The notes: generated from the sequence alone by a model not told the origin. Shown: positions 36,999-46,331, counted from the first letter of the stretch. The stretch: 64,000 nucleotides of DNA from Patescibacteria group bacterium (GCA_038061995.1 JBBTYA010000001.1:10441-74440), one strand, 5' to 3'. Numbers and translations are program-made.

Positions 36999-38645
36999 TT
37001 AATCAGTCACGATCACATCACCTTCTTCAAGGCCAGAGAGAACTTCTGTGCGGCCGTCGGAGCCGCGAAGTCCTGTTTCTATAGCCACCTCAAATATGCT
37101 CGCTCCTGCTCGCTCCTCAAAGAGAGGCAGCGACGCAAAGCGCTCGGGAAGATCTCCCGTGACGCGCACACGAACCAGTTTTTTGCCTTCTTTCGTAATA
37201 ATATCGCGCGTAGGAACGAAGAGCACTCCTGTGCGCGCATCGGTTTGAATGTCTATGTCCGCCGTTAATCCAGGCAAGATATCATCATGCTGTTCGTCAA
37301 ATTGGAGTGTCACGCGATATGTTGCGACACTCTCCTGCACTTGCGCTGCGGGATCGATGTGCACGACATGCGCAGGAATTTGGCGCTCTTGGCCGTATGC
37401 GTCGAGTACCACGCGCGCAACATCTCCGATTTGTACTTTCGTAATATCAGCCTCTGAAATGGCGGCCTCTATTTCAAATCGCGCGTCACTAATCAGCGAT
37501 ACTGCAGATGTTTGTGGCTGAACAATTTGTCCACGCTCTACATCTACCGAAGTAATCGTACCTGCAAAGGGAGCGGTAAGTGTAAACTTACTCAATTGCG
37601 CTTCAACGAGCGCGAGATTCGCTTGTGCCTGCTCAAGCTGTGCTCGTGCGACTTGCACGTCAAAAGATTCTGCCGGAGCCTCTCCCTGCGCAAGGCGCGT
37701 GCGCGCATCACGCACCGTATTCTCTGCCGTCACCACTGATTGGCGTTGCGTTGTCACAAGCTTCAACTGTGCCGCAACTGTATCGAGCTCTGCAGTAACT
37801 GCAGCACGATCAGTAGCAGTGGCATCAGGTGCGCTTGAAAGCCTTCCCTGCATGAGCTGTAACGCACGTTGCGTTGCTTCAAGTGAGCGCTGGACCGACT
37901 CAAGATACATGGTGAGATCGTCGCTATTCTGTGCCGCAGTAATCTGCCCGCGAAGACCTCCGGTTAAGGAGAGGAAATACCACGCCTGCGTGCGCCCAAG
38001 GTTCCCTTCACCTATCAGCATCTGCAATGCGGTTGATTTCGCATCTGCAAGAGGGCCGGCATCAACACTTGATCCTGCGAAATAGGTATATTGAATATCG
38101 GTAAACGTTTCAAAAGAGTTCAAAGCCGACTGCACTGCAGTTGAAAGGATGCTATAGGTCCCGGAACCTTTCGTCTCTGAAAGAGTACGCTCTGCATTCG
38201 CGAGCGTTGTTTTAAGTACGTCAATATCTTCGGTACGCTTTCCTGCAAGCAATTGATCAAGCTTTGCTTGGGATGCTTTTACAGTGGCTACTTCACGTTG
38301 ACGTTGCGCAATCAGTTCGCCGCCATCTATACGTACGAGTACCTGGCCAGCGCGAACAGCGTCACCAACTCCGACGGGAATGCTTATCACCCGCCCTGAC
38401 CGCTCAAATGCGAGATCCACTGCCTCAGCAGCTTCTACGCGTCCCGTCACGCTTACCTCTTGAACAATATCACCACGCTGCACCACCAAAAGGCCAGCGT
38501 TGCTCTCTTCCTCCCCGCCGGATATAAGAGAAAGTACAATAAAAGCACCAATAATACCTGCGAGAGAACGCCACGGATGATGCTTCATCCACGGCCACAA
38601 TGCTTGGAAAAACCCACGCATACGAGAGAGAAATACAGTAAACAT
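36999..38645 (-). CDS. Efflux membrane-fusion protein (MacA/HlyD family)
   Basis: TM anchor, SVTGRV...LAFERSGRV...VGD.V..GQ, long coiled coil, APFAGTIT, EVLSGLEEGD; start uncertain. Confidence 0.9.
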   Translation of the reverse strand: MFTVFLSRMRGFFQALWPWMKHHPWRSLAGIIGAFIVLSLISGGEEESNAGLLVVQRGDIVQEVSVTGRVEAAEAVDLAFERSGRVISIPVGVGDAVRAGQVLVRIDGGELIAQRQREVATVKASQAKLDQLLAGKRTEDIDVLKTTLANAERTLSETKGSGTYSILSTAVQSALNSFETFTDIQYTYFAGSSVDAGPLADAKSTALQMLIGEGNLGRTQAWYFLSLTGGLRGQITAAQNSDDLTMYLESVQRSLEATQRALQLMQGRLSSAPDATATDRAAVTAELDTVAAQLKLVTTQRQSVVTAENTVRDARTRLAQGEAPAESFDVQVARAQLEQAQANLALVEAQLSKFTLTAPFAGTITSVDVERGQIVQPQTSAVSLISDARFEIEAAISEADITKVQIGDVARVVLDAYGQERQIPAHVVHIDPAAQVQESVATYRVTLQFDEQHDDILPGLTADIDIQTDARTGVLFVPTRDIITKEGKKLVRVRVTGDLPERFASLPLFEERAGASIFEVAIETGLRGSDGRTEVLSGLEEGDVIVTD

Positions 38646-38680
38646 AGGATGCGAAATATACAAAAAAAAATCAGCTTACG

Positions 38681-39562
38681 TCAACGCGCCGCATGCGCCT
38701 CAAGTACAGTAGAAACCAGAGCATCTGAACCCTTCTGCCCCTTGTAAACCGCCGCAATACACTCGAGAAATGGGAGCCGTATATGTGCTTGCTGCGCAGA
38801 CGAGTGCATAGAGAGGAGCGCACGAATGCCCTCACTGCCCGCTGGGATATCTTCACCGTCAGCAAGTGCTCTTCCAATGCGTGCGTGGCCCGTATCGCCG
38901 CTAAAAGCTGTGGCGATCAGATCCGCAACACTCGCAGTGAAAAGCGCGTGATCATCGCGCGATGGTGCAAATACATCCATCTCGTGAATAGCGCACGCAC
39001 TCGCGAGTCCAGCGACATTCCATCCCGCGAGAGCGCGCACGGCACTCACGCCGATTGCGTACACATTTTTGAGCGCATTGCGACGTGCAACAACATCAAT
39101 CTGTTTCGTCCACGCAACAGTGATACCACCGGTCGCCAGAGATGCTCGCACGGCGATCGCGGTACTTTCTTCATCACTACCAACTATAAGCATGGTTGGG
39201 GCGCCCGCACGCACTTCTTCAGCAATACATGCACCACCAAGAATTCCCCAAGCACGATGCTTCACGAATATGCGTGCAGCAATTTCATCGGGGCGCCTAT
39301 CGCGATCGATACCTTTTGTAGCAATACAAATCGCCGCACTCTCCGGAGTACATGACGCCACAGTTTCTAGTGCGCCAACAAGACCACCCGACGGCACACA
39401 TACATACACAAGCTCTGCTGCTGCAAGTGCTTCTTCGCATGTTGCGTGCGTGCGGGGTTTCGTCGGCGTCGCGTCCCAGAGAGAGAGCGCATGCTCGCCA
39501 GCCCGCACAGCGTGTGCGAGAGCGCTTCCCAACTCCCCCGTACCAATAATAGTAACGCGCAT
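38681..39562 (-). CDS. gpsA: NAD(P)H-dependent glycerol-3-phosphate dehydrogenase-like protein (divergent)
   Basis: IIGTGELG, ATKGI, ALKNVYAIG, DLIAT, EG motifs. Confidence 0.8.
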   Translation of the reverse strand: MRVTIIGTGELGSALAHAVRAGEHALSLWDATPTKPRTHATCEEALAAAELVYVCVPSGGLVGALETVASCTPESAAICIATKGIDRDRRPDEIAARIFVKHRAWGILGGACIAEEVRAGAPTMLIVGSDEESTAIAVRASLATGGITVAWTKQIDVVARRNALKNVYAIGVSAVRALAGWNVAGLASACAIHEMDVFAPSRDDHALFTASVADLIATAFSGDTGHARIGRALADGEDIPAGSEGIRALLSMHSSAQQAHIRLPFLECIAAVYKGQKGSDALVSTVLEAHAAR

Positions 39563-39610
39563 AAATAAGGAGACCTTGCTCTTCCTCCTAGTATACCACT
39601 ACACTACAGC

Positions 39611-40636
39611 ATGCCTGATGATATCCTCGCCCCATACGACTACACCCTTCCCGAAGAGCTCATCGCGAAGCGGCCAGCGTCACCACGTGACGCCGCTCGC
39701 CTTCTTGTCTATACCGCGGCACAGAAAGGTATAACCGATACCATCTTTTCTCGTATAGAATCCTTTCTGCCCCATGACGCGCTTATAGTCCTCAATGATA
39801 CGCGCGTGCTCCCCGCGCGCGTACATTTCACGAAGAGTACGGGAGGAGCCGTTGCACTTCTCTATATCTCTCATACAGACAGCGCATCTCTCTGGTGGTC
39901 ACCAAAGCCGCTACGCCCGGGCGAAAAGCTTAGTTGCGGCCCATATTCTCTCTCGGTGATCGAACGCTCTCCGGATGGCTACACCTGCTCACTCCCAACA
40001 GCTCCGGAAGAACTATTCACTTTTTTGGAAACATACGGTACCACCCCACTTCCTCCCTATATAAAAAACACGCCTCTCTCAGAAGAAGAGGCGCGTACTG
40101 AGTATCAAACAGTATTTGCACAAACGCGAGGATCAGTAGCTGCGCCGACAGCATCACTCCATTTCACGCCAGAGTTACTTCATACCATTAAAAAAACGCA
40201 TGAAGTTATTTCCGTCACTCTGCACGTGAATCGTGGCACATTCGCACCAGTAAGCGAATTGCAGCTCGCCCAAAACGCACTGCACAGCGAGTGGTATCAC
40301 GTGAGTCAGCCAGCTATCAATGCAATTCGCACTGCGCGAGATACCGGGCGACCGATCATCGCCGTGGGCACAACCGTTATCAGGGTATTAGAAACAATTG
40401 CACGCGATGAGCGATGGGAAGCACACAGCGGTACGACAGATATCTTTATTCGCCCGCCACAGCGCCTCCAGCTTGTCACCGGATGCGTGACAAATTTTCA
40501 TGTGCCACGCTCCAGTCTTTTAATGCTGATTGCGACTATGACGGGACGAGGTGAGCTCATGCGCATCTACACGCACGCAATTGCAGAACACTATCGTTTC
40601 TTCTCGTTTGGAGACGCCATGCTCATTCTCCCTTAG
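39611..40636 (+). CDS. queA: SAM:tRNA ribosyltransferase-isomerase
   Basis: YDYTLPEELIA, NDTRV, PLPPYI, YQTVFA..GSVAAPTASLHF, TNFH.P.S, YRFFSFGDAM motifs. Confidence 0.96.
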   Translation: MPDDILAPYDYTLPEELIAKRPASPRDAARLLVYTAAQKGITDTIFSRIESFLPHDALIVLNDTRVLPARVHFTKSTGGAVALLYISHTDSASLWWSPKPLRPGEKLSCGPYSLSVIERSPDGYTCSLPTAPEELFTFLETYGTTPLPPYIKNTPLSEEEARTEYQTVFAQTRGSVAAPTASLHFTPELLHTIKKTHEVISVTLHVNRGTFAPVSELQLAQNALHSEWYHVSQPAINAIRTARDTGRPIIAVGTTVIRVLETIARDERWEAHSGTTDIFIRPPQRLQLVTGCVTNFHVPRSSLLMLIATMTGRGELMRIYTHAIAEHYRFFSFGDAMLILP

Positions 40637-42315
40637 AGAGTTGGGGCTGGAGAAAGTGTCGGGGATGGGAACAGCGCATCACGAATAGGAATCAGTTCTG
40701 GAAGCAATGCAACGCCAGCGCGCTCAAGGAAGAGAATATGCTCACGAGCCTCATCGATACGGCCTGTCTGCGCTGTTAGTAGTGCGAGACCTTGATGCGC
40801 GAATGAGTACCACGGATTGATGGCAAGCGCCTGGCGCCAAAGTTGTTCCGCCCCCGCTTCCTTTCCTTGGAACAAAAGTGTGATCGCGAGATTGTGATAC
40901 GCGGGAGGAAATCCTGGGTTTCGCTCTATCTCTTTAGCAAATGCATCTTGCGCGGCAGGAATATTATGCATAAACAGATATACAGACCCAATGTTGTTCC
41001 ACACACGCTTTGCTTCTGGGTGTAACGCGAGTGCGCGTTGGTGTAAAAAGAGTGCTTGTCCTACATTGCGCTTGCGGAAAAATTCTGTACCGAGACCGTC
41101 TTGTGCGCGAGCAAGGCCAGGAGATTGCGCAGCGGCAAGCGTCCAATACGTTTCGCTATCTTTAAACGCCGGCAAACGCTGTACCGTGTGAAAAGCGAAG
41201 AACACTGCAACGACAACCAGCGCTCCACGTGCAATCATGAGTGGCTTTCGCGGGAGAAGACGCACTAAACTAAGCGCTGCGATCATAATGCCTACCATTG
41301 GCATGTAGAGGCGATTCTCGAAAAAGACCTGGCGCGCAGTTGGCTCGTTCGTCACGAGCGACGGAAGCAGAAAGAGCACAAACCACACGAATCCAAATTG
41401 TGCGAGCTGTGTTTTCTTTCGAAAGACAATAATGGTGATAAGCGCACCGAGCGCCAACACGCCACCAATGATCATATTCGTAGGATCGCCCGTTGGCATA
41501 AGCGCTAAACGAACAGGAACCACTGCTTTCGTGATGTATTCCAAAAAGGCACCGCCTGATCGCAGTACAGAGAGGATCGCCTCACCAAAGGAAAGTGTTT
41601 GAACATGTGCCAGTGCTAATGTACGAGCGATGGCGTAGAGTATCCAACCACCAACCCAGACAATGCCTTCTGAAAGTGTGAACGCAGTGCGCCAATGCCA
41701 GCGACGCACTAGTACCACGTACGCATAGGCGACTAGTGGCAACACCACGGCGTATTCTTTCGCACCGAGCGCAATGATCCAGAATAGTGCGTGCGCAAAA
41801 AGATACCAGCGCTTCTGCGTGTGGGTATAGCGAATAAAGAACCAAAAACTCGCCAAGAGAGGAATAGCAGCGAGAATGTCATTTCGCCCAGGCACCCATG
41901 CCACTGCGGGCACCAGTGCAGGATGCGCGGCAAATGCGAGTGCGCCACCGAGCGCGGCCCATGGACCGAAACTCAACGCGCGCAACACGGCAAGTACAAG
42001 CAGGGCCCCCATAGCATGGAGCGCGATGTTCATACCGTGGTACCACAGTGGACGCTCGCCAGCGATATGCGCATCTACCATGAAGGAGAGCGTTTGCACG
42101 GGACGATAGAACACCGAGCGACCAAAAGGATACGCCGTATCAGTTGTAAACGCTTTTGGTACGTTTTCTATACTCTGTAAGAAACTTTGACGATCAATAA
42201 TCAGTTCATCTTCATCAAAATGAACAAAATTAAAACGAAGCGCCTGCGCATAGAGTGCGCAGACACATATGAGAAGCACAGCAACCTGTACCTTCCCTGA
42301 AGGCAAGTACCGCAT
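40633..42315 (-). CDS. TMTC-like GT-C glycosyltransferase with C-terminal TPRs
   Basis: FVHFDE, FYRPV..LSF, HP...AVAW..GRND, KE, ENRLY.P motifs, then TPR repeats. Confidence 0.85.
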   Translation of the reverse strand: MRYLPSGKVQVAVLLICVCALYAQALRFNFVHFDEDELIIDRQSFLQSIENVPKAFTTDTAYPFGRSVFYRPVQTLSFMVDAHIAGERPLWYHGMNIALHAMGALLVLAVLRALSFGPWAALGGALAFAAHPALVPAVAWVPGRNDILAAIPLLASFWFFIRYTHTQKRWYLFAHALFWIIALGAKEYAVVLPLVAYAYVVLVRRWHWRTAFTLSEGIVWVGGWILYAIARTLALAHVQTLSFGEAILSVLRSGGAFLEYITKAVVPVRLALMPTGDPTNMIIGGVLALGALITIIVFRKKTQLAQFGFVWFVLFLLPSLVTNEPTARQVFFENRLYMPMVGIMIAALSLVRLLPRKPLMIARGALVVVAVFFAFHTVQRLPAFKDSETYWTLAAAQSPGLARAQDGLGTEFFRKRNVGQALFLHQRALALHPEAKRVWNNIGSVYLFMHNIPAAQDAFAKEIERNPGFPPAYHNLAITLLFQGKEAGAEQLWRQALAINPWYSFAHQGLALLTAQTGRIDEAREHILFLERAGVALLPELIPIRDALFPSPTLSPAPTL

Positions 42316-42410
42316 GGATTTTTACTCTAGCATGGCGTCCTAAAAAAGCAATAAAAAATGAACGCCCCCACGATCTCTCGTGGGGGCTGGGGTTGTTCTC
42401 GGCTACCGCG

Positions 42411-42554
42411 CTAGCGGTAGCCGGCGGGCAACCCCTTCTCGGGGCTCCAGGCACCCAGCTTCTCGCTGGGCCGGAGCCAGGGGGCCGCGGGGGCCGCCTG
42501 GTGCGTGCCCCGCGTGATGCACGCGGGGGTACGGCGCGTCGGCTTGTGAACCAT
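42411..42554 (-). CDS. 47-aa small ORF within a GC-rich multi-hairpin region
   Basis: AGGAGGTGA RBS then MVHKPTRRTPACITRGTHQAAPAAPWLRPSEKLGAWSPEKGLPAGYR; terminator at about 42352-42387. Confidence 0.45.
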   Translation of the reverse strand: MVHKPTRRTPACITRGTHQAAPAAPWLRPSEKLGAWSPEKGLPAGYR

Positions 42555-42609
42555 AGTTCACCTCCTGTCTTTAATTATAGCACGTAATAGTATAAAAGTC
42601 AACTCCTCT

Positions 42610-43212
42610 TTACGGGCGGTTTACGAGGAGAGAAAAGGGGTTTAATGCCTCTCGGCGCAGATACATCCCTAGGTGAAGGTGCGGTGGTGTTGTCACCGCA
42701 TTGCCCGTATTACCCACAAATCCAATCACTGTATCAGTGGTCACCCACTGCCCTGCCGCTATACCTTCGGCAGATCTATCGAGGTGAGCGTAGTAATAGC
42801 GAAGTCCTCCCGCACCAGCGATCCACACTGTGTTGCCGCCCAGCTCTCGATCTTCTTGAACGCGCACAACGTATCCCTTCGTTGCAGAAAAAATAGGCGT
42901 TCCACGAGATGCAAAAATATCTTGCCCTTCATGCCCGCGATCTTCACCGCGAGGCGCACCCCATGTATCGCTCACTTGGCGCACTGAAACGCCATAGACA
43001 GGCATCACCAACACTGCATCAGGTTCCTGCGCGCTTAAGCGTGCAAGCTTCAAAGGAAACGTGATACGGAATAAAAAAGAGTCTATATACTCTGCAATGC
43101 GTAACGTAGCGTCGGGATGCGTTTCAGGAAAGCGTACTATAAAAAACGCGCCCCAGATAAGCGCGACTACAGCGATACAGGTACCAGCAAAAAGAATGAA
43201 CCGTTGCTGCAT
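42610..43212 (-). CDS. M23 family metallopeptidase
   Basis: HEGQDIFA..GTPI, YYAHL, PHLH motifs; N-terminal TM. Confidence 0.92.
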   Translation of the reverse strand: MQQRFILFAGTCIAVVALIWGAFFIVRFPETHPDATLRIAEYIDSFLFRITFPLKLARLSAQEPDAVLVMPVYGVSVRQVSDTWGAPRGEDRGHEGQDIFASRGTPIFSATKGYVVRVQEDRELGGNTVWIAGAGGLRYYYAHLDRSAEGIAAGQWVTTDTVIGFVGNTGNAVTTPPHLHLGMYLRREALNPFSLLVNRP

Positions 43213-43221
43213 GTCACAGTA

Positions 43222-43734
43222 TTATAACGTACGGCTGTCATATGCCCAATGAAGAAGCGCCTGGCGCTGTTTCGGACGGCATGTAACATCTCCCGCCTTG
43301 CAGTTTTTGCGCACTTGCGCGACGTGGCGCCGAATTGCCTTCCAGCGCTTGATCTGCCGTGCATCTTCTTCTGGCATGCGACGGCCCATATAATACCGAC
43401 AGTACCACTGAAACCACCCGCGAGGATCATCGGGGTGGATCCACCCCTTCTTCTGCCAGACAGAAAGCGGTTGGCTCGCCCGAACCTTAAAAAAGTTTAT
43501 CGAGGGATCATGCCTTTCGGGAGAAAGCTTCGCGTGCATGAACCAATCTGCAGGAAACTCATCACGACAATCGGTCATGTATTTTCCTCCAAAGACACCA
43601 AGTGCGAGCATCTCCTTTGGCGAAAGGCCTGGCGTAAAAACGGGATCAAACTGTTTGCCCATTGGCGCAACGCACCCATATGAATACCCGCGTTGCATTT
43701 TGTCATGCACAACAATCATGCGCTTGGAGACCAT
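43222..43734 (-). CDS. Hypothetical protein (conserved-looking)
   Basis: P.EML.LGVFGGKY, W..KGWI..DDPRGWFQWYCRYY.GRR, RQALLHWAYD motifs; function unknown to me. Confidence 0.85.
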   Translation of the reverse strand: MVSKRMIVVHDKMQRGYSYGCVAPMGKQFDPVFTPGLSPKEMLALGVFGGKYMTDCRDEFPADWFMHAKLSPERHDPSINFFKVRASQPLSVWQKKGWIHPDDPRGWFQWYCRYYMGRRMPEEDARQIKRWKAIRRHVAQVRKNCKAGDVTCRPKQRQALLHWAYDSRTL

Positions 43735-43739
43735 ACTCA

Positions 43740-44117
43740 CTATTGGAAAGCGACAGAAAAACTATACATCCCCATAGCACAGACACCGCGCATAGTCGTG
43801 CCGGGAGTCTGCGCTGGAACAGGAATACGCGTTTCACCAGACATTGGCAGGTTCGCACGATACTCGAGAGCTGGAATAGTGAGGGCGCCTGAACAGTCAA
43901 AAGTCCCCTGAGTTATTACGTTAAAGACAGTTGGTAGATTCGCAGATGCCATGGTCTGACGCGGAGCATAGCCACCCTTCGCATAAATAGTAACCACCTG
44001 CACGCCATCAACGACGGCCACATTGTTCTCGTATGATTGGTTATCCCCGCGCGAGAAAAGAAGAGAACCCGCTACTAATGCTATCGCGGCCACCATGGCG
44101 CCAATAATTAATTTCAT
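43740..44117 (-). CDS. Cupredoxin-like domain protein
   Basis: GGY.P, C...L.IP, CAMGMY motifs; last gene of the CsoR module. Confidence 0.8.
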   Translation of the reverse strand: MKLIIGAMVAAIALVAGSLLFSRGDNQSYENNVAVVDGVQVVTIYAKGGYAPRQTMASANLPTVFNVITQGTFDCSGALTIPALEYRANLPMSGETRIPVPAQTPGTTMRGVCAMGMYSFSVAFQ

Positions 44118-44147
44118 AACAGTGTATCGAGTGTAGCACGACAACCA

Positions 44148-45167
44148 CTAAAAGCCGAGGATCGGTGGCAGTACACCGAGGGCAACCATGCTATTGATCG
44201 CGTTTAGGATGCCGAAGAATAATACGACCAGCCCAGCGGTTTTAAAGAAAACGCTCGACTGCTTCTTTGTACGCACCCCCAGAGACCCGAAGCTCAAGAG
44301 CGCCAATACTGGCAACGTACCGAGCGCAAAGAAAAGCATAGTGAGCCCACCCGCCATAAACCCTCCCACAGATAACGTATAGATCTGCATTGACTGTGTA
44401 AAACCGCACGGCAAGAAGAACGTTGCAACACCCGCAACAAGGGGAAAGATGGAGCTGTGGAGAGCCCGCGTTTTTTGCACCGATGCACCGAAGAATGCTG
44501 GAAGTGACGGTTGTAGTTTACGCGCCCAAGGAAATACATCAAGTAAATTAAGTCCGAGGATCATGAGCACCAGCGCTACGATCATCCCCAAGAGGAACGT
44601 CCCCGTAGCTCCGAGCTGGAACGATGCGCCAACCATACCGATCACACCCCCAAGGACAAAGAAGGAAATAAGGCGCCCTACATGAAATAGAAGCTGCGGT
44701 CGCATCTTCTCACCCTCTTGAGCAAAGTGCGTTGAGAGCGAGAGCACGAGGCCACCAACGACCGCCATACATGTTGAGATAGATGCGATAGCACCAATAA
44801 GAAATGCGGTGCCATACCCTACCTCTGATGCATTTACCCAATTCACCACTCCCATACTCTGTAAAAGAATAAACACTCCAACAAAGATACCCGCGAATGG
44901 GAGCGCGAGCGCAAAATCACCCCATCGCGCCTGGTGCGCTTCCTGAACAAGCGAAACGGTGTATCCATGCGGTTGCATCACCGCAGTAAGGTCTTCGGCG
45001 ATATGCTGCGGTTGCTTGTCACCGAAATCACCGGTAACGGTAATAGTCTTTGTATCAAGCGATGCACGTATGTGTGAGACTTCAGGCAACTCCCCTATAA
45101 GCGTTTCTGACAAAGCAGCGCAAGATTTGCAACGCATGCCATTAAGGTGAAATGTGTATGTACTCAT
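44148..45167 (-). CDS. HMA domain + DsbD_2/TauE-like membrane protein
   Basis: GMRCKSC metal-binding motif; TCMAVVGG, FHVGRL, LPCGFTQ, FALGTLP motifs. Confidence 0.9.
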   Translation of the reverse strand: MSTYTFHLNGMRCKSCAALSETLIGELPEVSHIRASLDTKTITVTGDFGDKQPQHIAEDLTAVMQPHGYTVSLVQEAHQARWGDFALALPFAGIFVGVFILLQSMGVVNWVNASEVGYGTAFLIGAIASISTCMAVVGGLVLSLSTHFAQEGEKMRPQLLFHVGRLISFFVLGGVIGMVGASFQLGATGTFLLGMIVALVLMILGLNLLDVFPWARKLQPSLPAFFGASVQKTRALHSSIFPLVAGVATFFLPCGFTQSMQIYTLSVGGFMAGGLTMLFFALGTLPVLALLSFGSLGVRTKKQSSVFFKTAGLVVLFFGILNAINSMVALGVLPPILGF

Positions 45168-45168
45168 T

Positions 45169-45438
45169 TTATTTTCGCTTCAAACGATATACGGTTAATA
45201 TCTCTTCCTGCGCCTTCTGTGTCTGCCCTGCGCGGATTTGCTCTACGACACAGGTGTTTAAATGCCCCTCCAGCAATAGGTCTTCGACGCGAGAAAGCCC
45301 CTGTTTTACGGCCGATGTTTGCGCAATAACGTCGATACAATAGACGCCCTTCTCCACGAGGTCTTGCAAGCCACGCACCTGACCTTCAATAATTTTGAGG
45401 CGGCGTACTATAGAATGTATGTTTGGTATGCGTGTCAT
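45169..45438 (-). CDS. csoR: CsoR/RcnR-family metal-sensing repressor
   Basis: RRLKIIEGQVRGL...YCIDV..Q..AV...H-LNT-C, the Cys-His-Cys ligand set. Confidence 0.92.
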   Translation of the reverse strand: MTRIPNIHSIVRRLKIIEGQVRGLQDLVEKGVYCIDVIAQTSAVKQGLSRVEDLLLEGHLNTCVVEQIRAGQTQKAQEEILTVYRLKRK

Positions 45439-45451
45439 AGATACGGTGTAT

Positions 45452-45492
45452 GAAAAGTGAGGGATGAGGCCGTATAAACGACCCCACCCCTC
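45452..45492 (-). terminator. Terminator-like hairpin between the leader ORF and csoR
   Basis: Minus strand gaggggtggggtc-gtttatac-ggcctcatccctc-acttttc. Confidence 0.5.
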
Positions 45493-45518
45493 GTGTTAGG
45501 GAGCAGCTCGAACGAGAG

Positions 45519-45584
45519 CTACTCCCTGGTACCGCAGCCCTCTTCGCAGTGGGCCACGGCCCGAAGGAACCACTTGCAGCGCAT
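45519..45584 (-). CDS. 21-aa Cys/His peptide MRCKWFLRAVAHCEEGCGTRE
   Basis: AAAGGAGGTG RBS directly after the CsoR-box promoter. Confidence 0.5.
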   Translation of the reverse strand: MRCKWFLRAVAHCEEGCGTRE

Positions 45585-45606
45585 GGTGCACCTCCTTTCA
45601 CATTCC

Positions 45607-45635
45607 AGTATACCCCCCTGGGGTATCTATGTCAA
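45607..45635 (-). promoter_or_regulatory. Sigma70 promoter containing a CsoR operator
   Basis: TTGACA-17 nt-TATACT; the spacer holds ATACCCCAGGGGGGTAT, a typical CsoR C/G-tract pseudo-palindrome. Confidence 0.85.
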
Positions 45636-46115
45636 TAGGCTGTTCAGTTGATAAATGCTCCAGTTTAGATATGCCGCAAAACTCACCCACGCGATGTAGG
45701 GCACAAGCAAAAGCGTCGCAGTGCGTGAAATAGGGTAAAACGCACGCATAGTTGCAAGAATCGCAATGATTAAAAAGAGAATCTCAATGAACGCGGCCCC
45801 GGGATTTCGCAGGCCAAAAAACACAATGGACCAGAGCGTATTAAGCCCGAGCTGAATAAGAAAGATGCCGAGCGCTACACGAACATCCTGCCGACGCATT
45901 CCCCTTTCCCACACCAACCATACTGCAATGCCCATGAGAAAAAAGAGGGTGACCCACACGGGGCCGAACACCCAGCTTGGCGGCGCGAACGCTGGCCTTA
46001 AGAGATACACGTACCAGCTCGAGATGGCATTCACCGTAAAGAACGATCCGAGAATTCCAGCGAGTTGAGAAGCGCTAATAGTAATAACGAGTCGGAGAAA
46101 TGAGTTACGCTTCAT
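45627..46115 (-). CDS. tspO: TspO/MBR family protein
   Basis: WY..L.RP.FAPPSWVFGPVW, LN.LWS..FFG, PY.AWVSFA..LN motifs. Confidence 0.93.
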   Translation of the reverse strand: MKRNSFLRLVITISASQLAGILGSFFTVNAISSWYVYLLRPAFAPPSWVFGPVWVTLFFLMGIAVWLVWERGMRRQDVRVALGIFLIQLGLNTLWSIVFFGLRNPGAAFIEILFLIIAILATMRAFYPISRTATLLLVPYIAWVSFAAYLNWSIYQLNSLLT

Positions 46116-46202
46116 TACACACTAGTATACCACTGAATATGCTACAGCACATAAGAAAACACAAAAACCGCGCAGTGCGCGGCTCTCATGAGTGTAAAAA
46201 CG

Positions 46203-46331
46203 TTATTTCGATTTCTTTGTCTTGCGTGCGGCAAGCATTGCGTGCTTGATCGCCATGCGCTTACTCGTCTTGTGAGAGCGAGGTTTATTTTTAAGTGAAT
46301 TGTGCCCAAGGGCGCCACGTCGTTTTGCCAT
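46203..46331 (-). CDS. 42-aa highly basic small protein
   Basis: MAKRRGALGHNSLKNKPRSHKTSKRMAIKHAMLAARKTKKSK; 15 K/R, no D/E; hairpin plus T-tract downstream (about 46163-46182). Confidence 0.6.
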   Translation of the reverse strand: MAKRRGALGHNSLKNKPRSHKTSKRMAIKHAMLAARKTKKSK

